DNA of 64,000 nucleotides, taken from positions 17,174,001 through 17,238,000 of the forward strand of contig CP075492.1 of NCBI GenBank assembly GCA_021613535.1. Reading direction: 5' to 3'. Under the pieces are notes generated by a model. That model was not told the origin of the DNA. It ran no database searches and saw nothing but the letters and a program-made list of their open reading frames with translations. The stretch comes from Adineta vaga. Lineage: Eukaryota > Animalia > Rotifera. Made by a program: the position numbers and the translations under genes. Each line of letters opens with the position of its first letter. Positions within the stretch are counted from its first letter, which is position 1. Below are positions 36,381-50,265 of the stretch, piece after piece.

Positions 36381-37505
36381 ATGTCGATACAAGGTAAAGA
36401 GCCACATGGAGATGAAAATAATATTGATCAGTATGCAGGCGATCCTACAGCACCATTTAATGAAACTGAAGCATTCAATAATATTTGGGAGGCTTTACAA
36501 TGGAAACAAATACGAACTCGAGTACCTGTATGCTTTAAAAAGACAATACGTAATCGTTATATGCTTGCTAATTTAATCTATTTTGGTTATGCTATTGGTA
36601 TTCTTATTATTGACTTCAATCCTGTTGTCAATGGAACAGCTGGTACGGATAATTCTTGTCCAACAACTGGTGTCAGTCTTGACGATTCTATAACACAGAA
36701 TGATGTTACGAATAAGATGTATCTCGGTAAGTTTTGTCTAAAAATTTACATTTCAAACAATCATCCGTTTTGCTATTCAAGGTCTAGGTGTTGTTCATCT
36801 TGTGTCGGCCTTTTTATATTGGTGGGCATGGGACAATCGAGTATGGCATGACATCATTATGATACCAGAATATTTGAACCATATAGAAGCAGCATTATAT
36901 ATATGGTCAGCTGCTTGGTATCCAAGAGAAGATACTTATGGAGGTTATTATACATTGGCAATTCATAAAATTGAAATGACAGCAGCAACTGTCGAATTAA
37001 TCGCTTCATTCGGATGGTGCGTATGTGACTTAATTTTTTCTGAAATTTATTGACAACGATCCTAGCATAAATATAAACGAATACAATCTATTTTTATAGG
37101 ATAATGTCATGGTATATGACTTATATACGAACACTTGGCCGTGGTTTCACATTAGATGATCCTGATGTGATCGGATTTTTAACAACGACGATCTCTTCAT
37201 TTATTTATATGGCATATAACATTCAAATCAACCTTGATCCAACACAATATGGTAGCAATTATTTGTATACTTATGGCGATATTGTTTATTTTGTTGGTGC
37301 TTGTTACTATATATTTGCTTGTTTTCGTGATGATCATTGGTTTTGGTTTCTTCCATCAAGTGGACAGTACGGTGTTGCAGCAGGTAAAATTCGTGTTCAA
37401 CCAAAAGTTTTACCACAGTTTGGCAAACCACCGGTATTAATGTGTGGTTCTTGTAGACGACGATCGAAAACTATTGTCAAAGACGTCAAACAAGTGGAAG
37501 TATAA
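36381..37505 (+). CDS. Multi-pass membrane protein of unknown function, 2 introns
   Basis: Three ORFs joined by GT-AG introns (~36727-36781, ~37021-37099); several TM segments. Confidence 0.8.
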
Positions 37506-37519
37506 CCTATTTCAGTGTT

Positions 37520-37568
37520 TTGATGTCGGTGTATATGAGTCTATGCTCTTAAACTACACCCACACCCT
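37520..37568. repeat. Intergenic palindrome P18
   Basis: TTGATGTCGGTGTA-TATGAGTCTATGCTCTTAAAC-TACACCCACACCCT. Confidence 0.75.
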
Positions 37569-38132
37569 ATATTCTAATAATTACCTATTCTTGAATTTTC
37601 TTTGTATTTCATAAATAAATAACGTTCATGGACATAAATCAATATTACTATTTTGAAAAAGAAATTGTTCTCTTCGTCTTGTTATTCTTTAACATCGGTG
37701 AATGAAAATTTGAAAATATTTTTGTTACTTATCGATTCATCTATAGTGAAACAAAACAAAATGTTACTTTCGATGTTAGACAGACGAAATTGTCTGGCAT
37801 TTAATGATTGCCAACAAGCAACTCAAGGACATAAATCATAAAATACGAAGAAAGAAGAGACAAAAAAATCATGACAATTTTACTGTTTTGTTTCAAAATC
37901 AAAATATTAAAATACTTAAAACATTTCAACAGACACATCTGTACTTAAGTTGCTGTTTTCTATGGTTTAAAAAGAAAACATACGTCAATTCGAAAAAAAC
38001 CTTCTAGTTAAAAAATTGTTTCTATTTACTTTTATCCGTCTCTCAATGTTTAAGAAATGCTATATAAGAACATGTTAGTGTACTCTCTCACTGCATTTTA
38101 TTTTATTTCAGTATTTCAACCGATAATAAACA

Positions 38133-40583
38133 ATGAACAATACATTTTTTATCATCTGTCTAATTCTGCAAGTTTCTCTTGTTCATCTGACGCATTTTTT
38201 TGGTGGAACGATAACATCGTAAGTTTCTGATATTTTCAATATGTGTTGCTTTAAATGAATATACATTAATATTGTAGGCGTCCTTACAATAATTCACAGA
38301 CAACTGGTCCAATACAAATGATAGTGCGCGAACGATGGTCATGGCTTCGTAGTCGCTATTCTCCATTTTGTTCTCCTGCAACCATTGCTGCACAAACTCC
38401 TTTGATTGGTGATTCAAATAGTGTTGCTTGTTTCGTTGCCGGGTGTACAGCTTACTGGCCTAATACCGCAATGAACACACAGACCTGGTGTACTGATTAT
38501 AGTATTCCTCTTGATACGGCTTCGGGTGAATATTATAATACATACTCAATACCGATCAATATTACATTTAGTATTCGTTTTTCTGGCGGCAATTGGCTTG
38601 ATCAGCTTGGTGCAGGATGGGCAGGTTTAGGATGGAGTGTTGTTAGTCGAATTAATACAATTGTTCGACCAGATAATCGTATAAATACTAGTCCTGTTGC
38701 TGTTTCACTTCCAATTATCTACAAACTAACCAGAGTACAACATACACATGTTATTCAAATGTCTGATTTTGATGGAACAGATATATTAAAATGTCGCTGG
38801 GCTACTTCGTCAGGCAATGTCAACGGAGTTGATGAATGTAGTGGTATATGCAACGGTCTTCCTGGTGGTGTTAACGCTGCTTTAACTGGAATTAATTGTA
38901 CGATGTCCTTTACACTTCTAACAGATAACTGGTATTATGGAGTGGCATTACAAATTGAAGATTTCTATGATAATGCAGCATTTTTAGCAAATACTCCAAT
39001 GAGTTCTGTTCCTTTGCAATTTCTTTTCTATGGTTATGGAAATACTAGTGGTTGTAATACACCACCAGCAATTGTTGGTGAGCGACCCAATCGAGGTATG
39101 AATCTAAAACTTACAATCAAGAAATTGTATATCTATTTCTAATTATTTATTTCAAAGCTTGTATTGGTGTGATGCCCAACGATAATATAACGTTACTTGT
39201 CATTGTAGAAGTATATTGTCCTGGAAAAAGTATTGTTGATTTTATTTCGACTGTACCACGTGGTGTAACGAAGAGTAGTATTTTAAATCCAAGTGTTGGT
39301 TAGTATATATATATAACATGAGTAGGAACTATTTCTTTTCACTTGTCATTTTTAGGTAGATATGACCTTGTTCTATCTTGGATTCCTAGAACTGATCAGT
39401 ATGGTCCTCAAGGAATTTGTATGGCAGCAATCGATAATACAAAGATTCAATCAAATCAATGGTGTGTTACATACTTAGTTGGTTTTCTATCACCTGATGT
39501 TATTAAACCAACACTAGTTCAAGGTACAGCATCACCAATTGGTACTGTCTTTCAAAATCAAACTATCTTCGCTATTCAAAGTAACAATTCCATTAGGATT
39601 TTATTCTGATAGTTGATTTATATTTTATAGCCTCGAAATTCGTCAATCGTCCTACACGAAATGGAACTAATATCTATTTTCGAAATGCCAGTGCTGGTGG
39701 CACAATTGTTCAAACATTTGATTGTGGTTGGGCACCTGAAGTAACATATACAGGATATACAATTGTTATTCGTTTTCCAATTGCACCATGGACTCCTGGA
39801 CATTTCTTCTATGTTACAATGGATAGTGGTATGATTCAGTTTTGTTCTCTTCGACATTGATTACTTCGTTCTTTATTCGATTTTAGGTGTTGCTAGTGGA
39901 ACAGAATTTTGTGGTCCTGAATCTGCAGCACTAAATGATCCAACCTTTTGGGTATTTAACATATGGAATCCAGCAGTTTCATCAACAACAACAACAACCA
40001 CAACACCATTTACAACAGTAACAGTAACAACAAAACCAACATCAACAACAAGTATTAATACTTTAGTAAGATTCGCATTTGTCTCTTCCATTAATTTATA
40101 TGAATAATTTACTTTCAATAGTTAACAACAACTGGTATTATTATAACAACAACACTTCCGGCAACTACAACAGCAACAACTACAACAACAGCTCCACCCA
40201 CCACAGCTCGTAAAAAGAAACGTTTTTTTTAATATTTTCAATAAAAATTCATTGACTTTCGTTTTTGTTTAGCTCCAACAACAGCTGGTCCAACTGTATC
40301 CAGTGCAACAACTGAATCAACAGTTGCTGTTATGTATCCAAAAGATTTTGTAAGTATTAATTTCAATGTAAATATTTCTCTATCTGTATCCCATATGTAA
40401 TAGGAAGATGCTTGTAAACAACCAATTGGAGTTATGACTGCTTTGTTGATGGCAATTATGATGCCTGTGCATACTGTCGCTATGTATGCTGCTTTTACAA
40501 AATATGGTTCATTGTTTAATCCAGCTAAGATGAAAGCAAAAACAAGACATCAACTACGAATGAGAAGAGTTCTACAAAGTTAA
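38133..40583 (+). CDS. Multi-exon cell-surface protein (Cys-containing ectodomain, Thr-rich stalk, C-terminal TM)
   Basis: Signal peptide, HFFGGTIT, NTSPVAVSLP, DFDGTDILKCRW, DECSGIC, YGVALQIEDF, SSVPLQF; about 8 short GT-AG introns. Confidence 0.75.
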
Positions 40584-41303
40584 ACAATTTTATACTACAT
40601 TGAAAATTTGACTATATCATAAACATCCATTAACCTATTGTTTTTCCACTAATGATTTACTTCCTTTTTATAATACAAATAATTCAGAAAAAATAAAAAT
40701 TTTTCAGAGTATGAATGTCTCTGTTATATCCAGAGACACAATTATTAATCATCCATTCTTTCTCCTTCTCTGTTTCCTCTAGCAACAATTTTCTCCTGAT
40801 TTTTGTTTTATTTCTAGGAGGAAGGTGGGGTTCGAACAATAGAATACGTCCACTAGGCTTCTTCAAGGGTAACACTCGTAACAAATGATACTGGTGTGCC
40901 TCCATGTTGCGCTGTGTTTTGGGTGAAAACGCGCATCGATATGCCGTAGAATAAATAAATGTTGTAAATTTTTTAAAATAAACGTATAGGATTAGAAAAT
41001 TTTTCTTTGTTGGAGAGTATGAATAGTTTATGACCAGCATCTACATTCTTCTTCTGACTCAACGTTGAAACTGCGTAATCATCATTTTATTTTCATTGGA
41101 GGAAAAAAAAATTTTCGCGACATATCATAGATAAACTTATTATTTCTATTTGTGTTATGGAATAGAAGAAAGAATTTTTCTTATCTTATCTATGGAGATA
41201 AGATTCTATGTTTCATTTTACGTTCTTGCACAATGAAAATGCAACATTTCGAAAAACATCTATATAAGTTCCTACTAACTATAGAAAATCGACAGTTGTC
41301 AAA

Positions 41304-43267
41304 ATGTTATTTCTTTTGATTAGTCTTTTATGTCATGTATTTTTAAATCATGCAGTTATACTTCATTGTGATTTCGAAACAGATTGTGTTGATTTCACTT
41401 TTGATTCTAATTGGGGTTTAACAGATGGTGAACATTCCCAAGGTATTGATCATGATCATACCTTAAACACAAGTGCTGGTCATTACCGTTTCTATAATCC
41501 TCAAGTCATTTACCCAACTCAATGGGCACAAATACAAACAACTAATTCAATACCATTGCCAACTGATCGTGTTCTATGTTTTTATATGTGGTATTTTACA
41601 TCTCATGTCAATTTTCCATTCAATATTCAAGTTGGACAAGGTGATGATGGACAATTAGCACGTGTATTATTTTCTACTGCTGGACAAAATGTATCAATTA
41701 CTGATTGGACATTAATTAATGTTACATTACCAATTGAAGAATTGAAAATATTTATTCGATTGAATATTACAAGTCAACCTTTAACATTCGATGATTTCTC
41801 AGTTGATTATTGTGATGGACCACGTCCAATACCTCCAAAAATATTATATTCATGTGATTTTGAATCATTATGTACGAATGATTTTATTTCCTTACCTCAA
41901 TATGAATATCAATGGTCAATTCTCAATGCCAGTGATGCTGTTAAATTAGATAAAGCAGCACCAACTGTTGATTTTACCTTTGGAAATGCATCAGGTCATT
42001 ATGGATTATTATCTAATGTTTCAAGAGGTCTTGGTTATCTACATGTACGAAAAGAAATTCAAATAACATCAAACGAATTGTACTGTTTGAATTTTCGATA
42101 TTACGGTACTCAAGGACCAAATAGATTTCAAGCATATTTATCAATTTATTCGTGGGAATCCATCGAATCAAAAACAATCGAAAAACTATGGCCAGTAGGA
42201 GATATACATAAATATCAGTAAATAATTTTCATTAAATCAAAATATTATATTAAAATACTGTTTCTTTCCCCTAAATTGTAGATATACATTCAATCAATGG
42301 TAAGACCTCGGATCATGATCTGATAAAATAAAAACTTTTTAATCGATATAATTGTTTTTATATTAGGACTTGGGGTGTTATCAGTCTACCTATTGGTAAT
42401 TATTCACTTTTGTTTCGTGTATTTAATGGAGATTTTTATTCAAGTACATTTGCTATTGATAATATTGCTATTATTTCATGTGTCTATCCTCCTTCTCAAA
42501 CTAGTCCATCTCTTCTTTCATTTTCCTGTGATTTCGATCATTCAACTACGTGTGGTATGATGAATGCTGCAACATCATCTAAGACTGTCTTTAATTTTAC
42601 TCTATCAACTGGTGATACAATACCTAATAAAAATCTTGGTCCAATACGTGATCATACGACTAATTCAACATCCGGTGGTTTTCTCTACTGGAATCGACAA
42701 GTACCATTTACTTCGACAGATTCTGGAACAATATTTACAACAACACCCGTTGCTGAAAATTTTAATCTATGTATTAAATTTGCTTATTATGTAAAATCAA
42801 CACTGATTAACAAGAATGCAACGACAATTACTCTTTTTTCACCAACCATATGGTCACGATCATTAGATGATAGCCAAGGATGGCAAATAGCTATTGTTCC
42901 GATTAATAGTTATATGTATGACAAAACATTTTCATTTTATGTTAATCAAGCACAGCCAGTAGCAGTATCAGTCGCTTTTGATGATATTGAAATGGATCAA
43001 TGCAGCATTTTAACACCAACTACGACTACGACAACGACTACGACTACGACAACGACTACGACTACGACCACGTCTACAACAATAACAACAAGTACTAGTT
43101 CAGCAACATTTACAACAGTAACAACTAGTAGCTCAACAATAAGTAAAACAACATCAATATTTGTTCCAACTACTTCAAGCAGTGCTCATCGATTCGATTT
43201 TTTTAATAGAAACAGTTTAATAATTATTTCTTTTTTTTCAATCATTTTTCAAAAATATTTCTATTGA
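41304..43267 (+). CDS. Secreted or membrane-anchored protein with three MAM domains and a Thr-rich stalk; 18-nt microexon at 42282-42299
   Basis: CDFE/CDFD starts, DHTLNTSAGHY, DHTTNSTSGGFLY, FDDI ends; hydrophobic C-terminus. Confidence 0.88.
43018..43078 (+). repeat. Coding ACN triplet repeat (poly-Thr)
   Basis: ACTACGACTACGACAACG repeats in frame. Confidence 0.85.
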
Positions 43268-43296
43268 ACAAATAAATCTTATTAAATTTTCTTTAT

Positions 43297-43354
43297 TTGT
43301 GAGTATGTGGATAAACAAACCTATGTAACACTGTTCTCACATCCTCACTCTCAA
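43297..43354. repeat. Intergenic palindrome P19
   Basis: TTGTGAGTATGTGGA...CTCACATCCTCACTCTCAA. Confidence 0.7.
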
Positions 43355-43755
43355 AATAAAAGTTACAATCACGTTTCTAACAACAATTGTGCTTTTAAAG
43401 CGACACAAGTGATTGAAAAAGAACAAATGTTGAATCTATGCATTGAATACAAAGGCAAATATACAAGACATTTATTTAAAAAAAGAAATAGATTGAGAAG
43501 CATTAAAACGCACATTTTTTCTGCATTTATTCTACGCTTTATTCTGTAATTCTGTTTTTTTTTGTTTTTATGTAGTTGAATATAAATTATTATTTTCATT
43601 TGTATTTCACTTGACGAAAGCAGTATAGCATCAAGTATTTCTGGAATAGGATATATGCTTTGTTGTTTTAGGTATTATACTGAACACTTAACACGTTTGA
43701 ATTAAATATTGGTGTTTGACAAACAATCAGACAAAAAAATTAGTGCACGAAGATA

Positions 43756-45946
43756 ATGTCAACGACGACAGATGATCATTCGAGAAGGAATAATCGAAGT
43801 TCTGAAGATAGAACGATTGTATGGTTGAATCACAAAGGTGTAAACGAAGCTTTCAATCAGACAAAATTCATTTCAGGACTTGAACAAGCAGCGCAATCTG
43901 TAGAAGTATTCGAAAATATTGATATATTCATCGATTTTATTACGGAGGTAGAAAAAAATGGAAAGATCATTGCTGTTATATCAGAAGAGTTTTGTGATAT
44001 ACTTTTACCATTGTTTCATGATCTGGAACAAGTCATCTTAGTCTCCATTTATTCTCACGATGATCTACAGAAAAATAACGATTATCGAAAGAATTTTTCT
44101 AAAGTTTGCGTTGTATCCAACGATGCGGATAAGATCGTTGACACATTAAAAAGAGAAATAACAATTATTGAACATAATCTCGAACATATTTCTATTCTTG
44201 ATAATTCCTCCAAAGTCGACGTCAATCAATTATATCCTGATTTCATGTATTTACAAATCTTCAAAGAATTGATCGTTGAAATCGAATATGATGCCGATGG
44301 CAAAGACGAACTTCTTGAATATTGTACTGAATATTGTCATAATAACTCGGCCAGTTTACGAGTCATTGATGAATTTCGTCGAGATTACAATAAACATTCT
44401 CCTATCTGGTGGTATAGTCGAGATACCTTTCTATATAGATTACTCAATTCTAGTTTACGAGAATTAAAAGGTATTGCAATATGGAAATTACGTTTCTTCA
44501 TCAAAGATCTTCACGAAGCACTCGTACGCGAGCAAATTTCGTGTCCCGTTTCTGTGGCGAAATTATATCGCGGACAGATGTAAGTTGAAATGTTTCTCTA
44601 AAGACGAGATGTAGCCATATAGAATTTGTTATAGTGTTTCAAAAGTGATTTTCGAACGAATAAAACGTAATATTGGTGGTCTCATCTCCTTCGATAATTT
44701 TCTTTCGACGACTTACTCAGAACATGTGGCAAGGAGTTTTGTACAGGGCATCGATGAGAATCATATCTCTCTCGTAGGTATGGTTTTTGAAATCGATGTT
44801 GATACTTCGATAAAAACATTTGTTCCATATGCCTCTATTAAATCTTTGAGTTCGATGTCATCAGAAGACGAAATCTTATTCTCAGTACCTTCTATATTTC
44901 GAATTGGGGGAATGGAACGATCCGATGATGGTATTTGGAATATACAATTAAAAATGACGGCAGACGATGACCAGGAACTTCGACAACTCGGAAATTATGT
45001 TCGTCATGAATTTCTCGAAAATCAAGCATTTTCTACAATAATCGAACAAGCAAGGGCAAATTCTTCTGAGCATTCTCAGCTATTTGCTAGCCATGAAAAT
45101 ATGCTCAAATTTGCTCAACTTATGTTTCATATTCATCAATTTGATGATGCACTACGAATTATATTTGAACGCTGGGTAGACTTAGTGGATGAAGATACAA
45201 TCAATTCTAGGCAGACTCTATCAGTCTTTCAAAATTTTGCGAATCCTGTGGAAAGATTGTCGAAAGGATCAAATACTGATCAAAATGTTTTAGAACGGAT
45301 TGAAAATACACTTAATCATTCACCTCCTACGGATGCAAATGAATTAGCGAATTTGTATAACTCAGCGGCCTCCTTAACAACCGATCTCGATAAAGAATTA
45401 TACTATCGTATGCGTCATTTCGAACTGCTTGAGGAAACAGGTCATCTTACAGCTACGAAATTTATTGAGCATCATATTAAAATCGGTGACATTTTTTCTG
45501 AACAAGCACGTTTGGACGATGCCTTAACTAAATATGAAATTGCATGGCAAAAAGCACTCGAGTCTGAACTAACAATAGAGTCTTTGCTCGGTGATTGCTA
45601 TTATAAAATTGGCTTTACTTATCAAAAACTGGGAGACTTTGAAAAAGCATTTCATCATCATGAAAAGGCTCTGGATATTTATTGCAGATCACTTCCATCG
45701 ACACATCTAAGTTTTCATAAAGTATATTTCGCATATGGAATTTGTCTAGTGAATTTCAATCGTCAGGATGAAGCAATGGAATATTTTCGAAAAGCCATTG
45801 AAGTACATCGAGCTTATCCTGGTCATGAGCCTATAGTGGAAGCAGAACAACAATTTGCTGAAATATACTGTAATCCACACATGAATGCAGTTGATCGCAA
45901 GGAAATGAATGACTTGATGGCAAAACTAGATAAATTAGAAGAATAA
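43756..45946 (+). CDS. R-S-E type mono-ADP-ribosyltransferase with C-terminal TPRs, 1 intron (44580-44634)
   Basis: PIWWYSRDTFLYRLLN, LYRGQ, FLSTT, EDEILF, TPR-like C-terminus. Confidence 0.88.
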
Positions 45947-46068
45947 ATTTAGAAAAAACTTCACTTATCACGAATAGGATATGAGTGAGTTTACGAATAT
46001 GATATGATAGAAATTCCAGTAAAAGGAATTATTTCATCTGTTCATGATAGTGCATACAACAATCCATA

Positions 46069-46520
46069 GAGGGTGAGGGTGAGTGGCATTGATCAAAAAG
46101 TATACCATACACACTAGAGCTACGACGAGTATTTTTGAAGAAAAAAAGTACTTAAGCAAGAAACTTTTTGCCAATTCAAAGTAGATCCATACCCAATAGG
46201 CTCATTTTGTTCGCCTTTATGAGCTCCATCAGATACATGAACGTGTTGCCCATTTGCGCACTTCTTGCGTTAGAAAACCGCTTAAAACTGCAAAAATTAA
46301 TGGAACTTGAAAGTACTTGCGATTTTCGTAGTTTAACGTGATTTTTTGTCGTGCGCAGAGCATAAATGGGCAACACATTCATGTATCTGATAGAGCTCGT
46401 GAAAGCGAACAAAATGAGCCTATTGCGTATCAATGTACTTTGAGTTGGCAAAAAGTTTCTTGCTTAAGTACTTTTTTTCTTCAAAAATACTCGTCATAGC
46501 TCTGATACTCACACCCTCGA
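46069..46520. repeat. Palindrome P20, interrupted by a MITE
   Basis: Left GAGGGTGAGGGTGAGTG (46069-); right CATACACAC[MITE]ATACTCACACCCTCGA. Confidence 0.8.
46116..46503. mobile_element. Foldback-like MITE with ~150-bp imperfect TIRs
   Basis: AGAGCTACGACGAGTATTTTTGAAGAAAAAAAGTACTTAAGCAAGAAACTTTTTGCCAA mirrored at the right end. Confidence 0.88.
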
Positions 46521-46963
46521 ATCGACAAAGATATTTTGGTGAAGAAACAACAAATAACGCTGGTCCGAGAGTAAAGTCTGGTTTATAGTGCCACCACACA
46601 CTAAAAAGATTTAAAGCACAGAAAACAAGGACACGGCACCGATCATAAATATTGATGTGATAAGAAAAACGCATGCGATTACTAATCGAATTGCATCAAC
46701 AAAGAATAGAACCACAACAATAAGTCGAGTTTCAACACTGATTTATTCCCAATCTTCATTGTCAGAATGGTGACTTTTGAAAAATAATTCAGGTATATAA
46801 GCAGCAACGAGTATGAAGAGTGTCATAGTTTCTAGACATTCAAATAGAGCGATAATAGCATGAAAATAAAAAAGTGAAAAATGGAAACAAGAATCGCAGG
46901 TCATCTCTTTCTAAATTTGACGACATTCGGCAAAATTCTACAAAATGATTGATTATGATTCAA

Positions 46964-47472
46964 TTAATTCTTATGATGAAGATCTTCTTGAACTTTATTC
47001 AATTTCTCTAGTTCTTTATCTACAAAGAAAAACAATAGAAGATTTTTTTTCGCACTATGTTTTTTAATCTATTTAAACCTTTTTCATCTTTTAAAAGATT
47101 GATATGACCTTGTTCCTCGGATTGAATTGCAAGTAATTGTTGAATTTCTTCATCTTTTTTTACAGCAGTTTGTTGATCAATTGTTTGGTTTATGATATCA
47201 TCGTCTAATTTCTTTTCTTTTCCATCAATTTCTTTCGCACGATCACTGCAAATCTTTTGTTTTCTTTCAATCTAAACAAAATATAGTTGTGTTTTTAGAC
47301 TCTGAAACCAGAAATATATCATACCTCCGCATCAAGATTTTTTATATTGCTTTCAATTTCCTAAATACAACGAAAAAAAGCAGTTTGATTCTTTTTTCTT
47401 GAGTATAAGTTCGATTGGTTTTACTTCTTGTATCATATTAACGTTATGTGAAAAATAAAGTATACTATTCAT
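46964..47472 (-). CDS. Small coiled-coil protein or gene fragment, 4 exons
   Basis: Manual splice MNSILYFSHNVNMIQE/EIESNIKNLDAE/IERKQKICSDRAKEIDGKEKK...LLKDEK/DKELEKLNKVQEDLHHKN* with three GT-AG introns. Confidence 0.55.
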
Positions 47473-47575
47473 GGCAATTTATACACATGCTTGAAGATAA
47501 ACATTCTTGCACGCGTCTAGGCAACATAGAACGAGCATGAAAAAAACATTGTTACTTTTATACCATCGTAATGGA

Positions 47576-47630
47576 TGGATGTAGGTGCGGGTGAGAGTTA
47601 AAAGGATACTTATACTCACATTCTTATCAA
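47576..47630. repeat. Intergenic palindrome P21 (eroded)
   Basis: TGGATGTAGGTGCGGGTGAGAG...ATACTCACATTCTTATCAA. Confidence 0.6.
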
Positions 47631-47744
47631 TTATTTTCTAATCGTACACATTATGTTAAAGATCAGATGAGATCTGAAAATCTGTGGAAAAAACATATTT
47701 CACAGCTTTATTTTTTATGTTTTGATGATTCTATTTATTACTAA

Positions 47745-48800
47745 TCACCTCTTTTTAAATAGTAAAATTACAGTTCCAGCACCTTGTATGAAAGAGGTTT
47801 GTCCTCCAAGTGCTTCTCTGAGCTGTCTTATGGTCTCACGCACACAATCATTCTCAGTCTCTGCAAACTCAGGATTTGCCTCTCTCCAGCGTGTAACTAT
47901 GCTGGCTGTTGATAATTTCTTCTCCAAGTCGTCCAAAAAACATTCTTCAGTATCACCAAAAAAACTGTTACCATCATTTAGAATTCCATTACGGTCCCAT
48001 TCGTATCGAACGAAATCCGATGGAGAGAAAGCGGTGACAGGTGGAACTACATCCCATGGTAGAAGAAGGTTGTCGTACATGTCTCGAGAAGAGACGATTG
48101 GATGGTAACTCGAACGGTGTCAGAATTTCGTGTTCAAGATTGAACAGAACACGCTGAACTTCTGCAGCATTTGGAGTGGAAGGGTCTAAAAAAAGCATGA
48201 GAAATGTAAATGAATATAGCTTTCACTAAACTGAAAGAAACAATATGAATCTTACGACAATAGAGGGATGCAAGCATCCAAAGAGCGACGGAACCATCCG
48301 GCTTGAGCACTGTTGCTGCTTCGGCCCAGAATGTACCCATGTCGAACCAGTGAGCCTAATCAAATTAACAATACTGTATTATTCTATTCTAATTGCGGTT
48401 CACTTACAGCCATCCCTGCTGTCAACAAATCCACAGTTCCAGCTCGAACTCCCCCTTAACTTTCGACAATTCTTCTGCAGAACTAATTTCAAACCTGGTC
48501 TTATTGCCCGACTTAGTCTTTCCATTTTGATTTCGTGCAATGGTAATCATTTCTGCACTTGGATCAATACCTGAGGCGCAATCGAAAAAGACCGAAAGAT
48601 CTCGCGTTATATTTCCAGGTCCGCATCCAACATCAACAAGTTGATTAAATTGGCCTCCGGTTCTGCTATGATAGTTCAGCACAATATCATAAAGTTCTTT
48701 TGAATAGGATCCTCGTTTAGCAGCGTATGTCTGAGCTTGTACAGCAGTATATAATCGAAATGTAGGATCTGTTGGATTTTTCGATGATATTGTGTGCAGT
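47745..48800 (-). pseudogene. Class I SAM-dependent methyltransferase, fungal trans-aconitate methyltransferase-like; 2 introns, 2 apparent frameshifts
   Basis: DPTFRLYTAVQAQTYAAKRGSY, LVDVGCGPG, GIDPSAEMI, AHWFDM..FW..AATVLKPDGSVALW, MYDNLLLPW. Confidence 0.8.
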
Positions 48801-49902
48801 TGTTCTAAAATCGACGTTAGATATATATGGGCAAGGTAATTCTTTTAAATAATTTTAGTTCTATGATAGATTGTATTTCTTCTTTTTCAGTCTGAACATA
48901 CTAAGTTATTTTCCACTGTTGTCTCTCATCGTTTTGGTTCTCAGGGATAATTTACAAGACCAATATAACTCTGATGAAAACATGCAATGATTTTCTTGGG
49001 GAATATTTACCGACGAGTAGAGTCAGTATTCAAGATTGATTAGAACTACTTGTCTCTTCTTCATCTGACACTGATATTATTTATTTGAAAAGAGCCTCTT
49101 CTCTGTACAGAAATAGATGAGCTAGAATGGATGACTTTCAAAACTTTTGCTAACGTGAATCTCTGTAACGTAGATCGTGATGTGTATTGTTACTATTCAC
49201 ATCATAACAGAGTATTCGTCCAACTAATCATTTTTATGCTACAGCGTAAAACGAAAAAATAATTTGATTCTTTGATTATCATGGAGTACTGTGTGCAGGT
49301 GAGTTTAGATATGATACGATAACGACAAATAGAAACGTATTAAAGAATATAGATGGCCTGCGTAGATGATAGTGACATATATCAGATAAAACGAGTTATT
49401 ATACTATTGGCTTGATGATGTGAGGATCTTTTCTACTTAAAGTTTTTCCATAACCTAAAAAATTCGAGATTTTTCAATGGAAACACAACTTTTATGTGTA
49501 GATAGTACCATTGACTGATATTTCAATACACCCTCTAGATTTAATTTCTTACATCAAATAAATTTGGTATTGTATTTGGAATTTGAGACAGACTATTTAA
49601 TTGTTGGTAGTAATTATATTTGAGTACAGGTACTGATAGTTTGATTTGTGATGGTACTGTCTTCTCGATGAGTGCTAGTGATGTGAAGTCCTCTTGTTAC
49701 TGTTGCGTATGCGAAATATTTCCTGAAATTTTGCTTTCAGATCCTTGGTAAATATGTTAGCTTGTTTACTCTGTTTATTGAACTATTGAAAAAATGGTGA
49801 TACAGTATCCATTACTCATCTTTTAACATTTTCTAAAATTTCTTTGAATACTTCTTATTTAAATTGATTCGAATCACTTAATCGGGCTTCATACGACATA
49901 TA

Positions 49903-50265
49903 CTAGGTTGAGGAAAAAGTTCGTGCGCCGACCTCGTGATTTTTACACAAGGCTTATGGAATTCTTTCGTCCATATATTCTGCCAGAGCAAGTTTTGCCC
50001 TATAATTCTGTGCTATTTTATAAATCTTCAAACGATACTATAATATTGAAAACATACCAAAAACAGTGAGTAGCTCACAAAAAAACATTTTTTTACCGAT
50101 TTTTGATCGATTTTCTCTTGAATAGTCACGTTTGTGCTTGAAAAAATAATCTATTTGAAATCAGCACAAAAAACTGAGTCCATGTATATTATGTTGCAAA
50201 ATGCTTCATCGACTTTCACTTTCGTCGCAAAACTGGTCGGCGCACGAACTTTTTCCTCAACCTAA
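49903..50265. mobile_element. Tc1/mariner-type MITE
   Basis: Perfect 30-bp TIR TAGGTTGAGGAAAAAGTTCGTGCGCCGACC and its complement; TA on both sides. Confidence 0.88.

Noticed and set aside
46176-46674. ORFs within the foldback MITE as a transposase
   Set aside because: Short, with no DDE or HTH features; they derive from TIR sequence.
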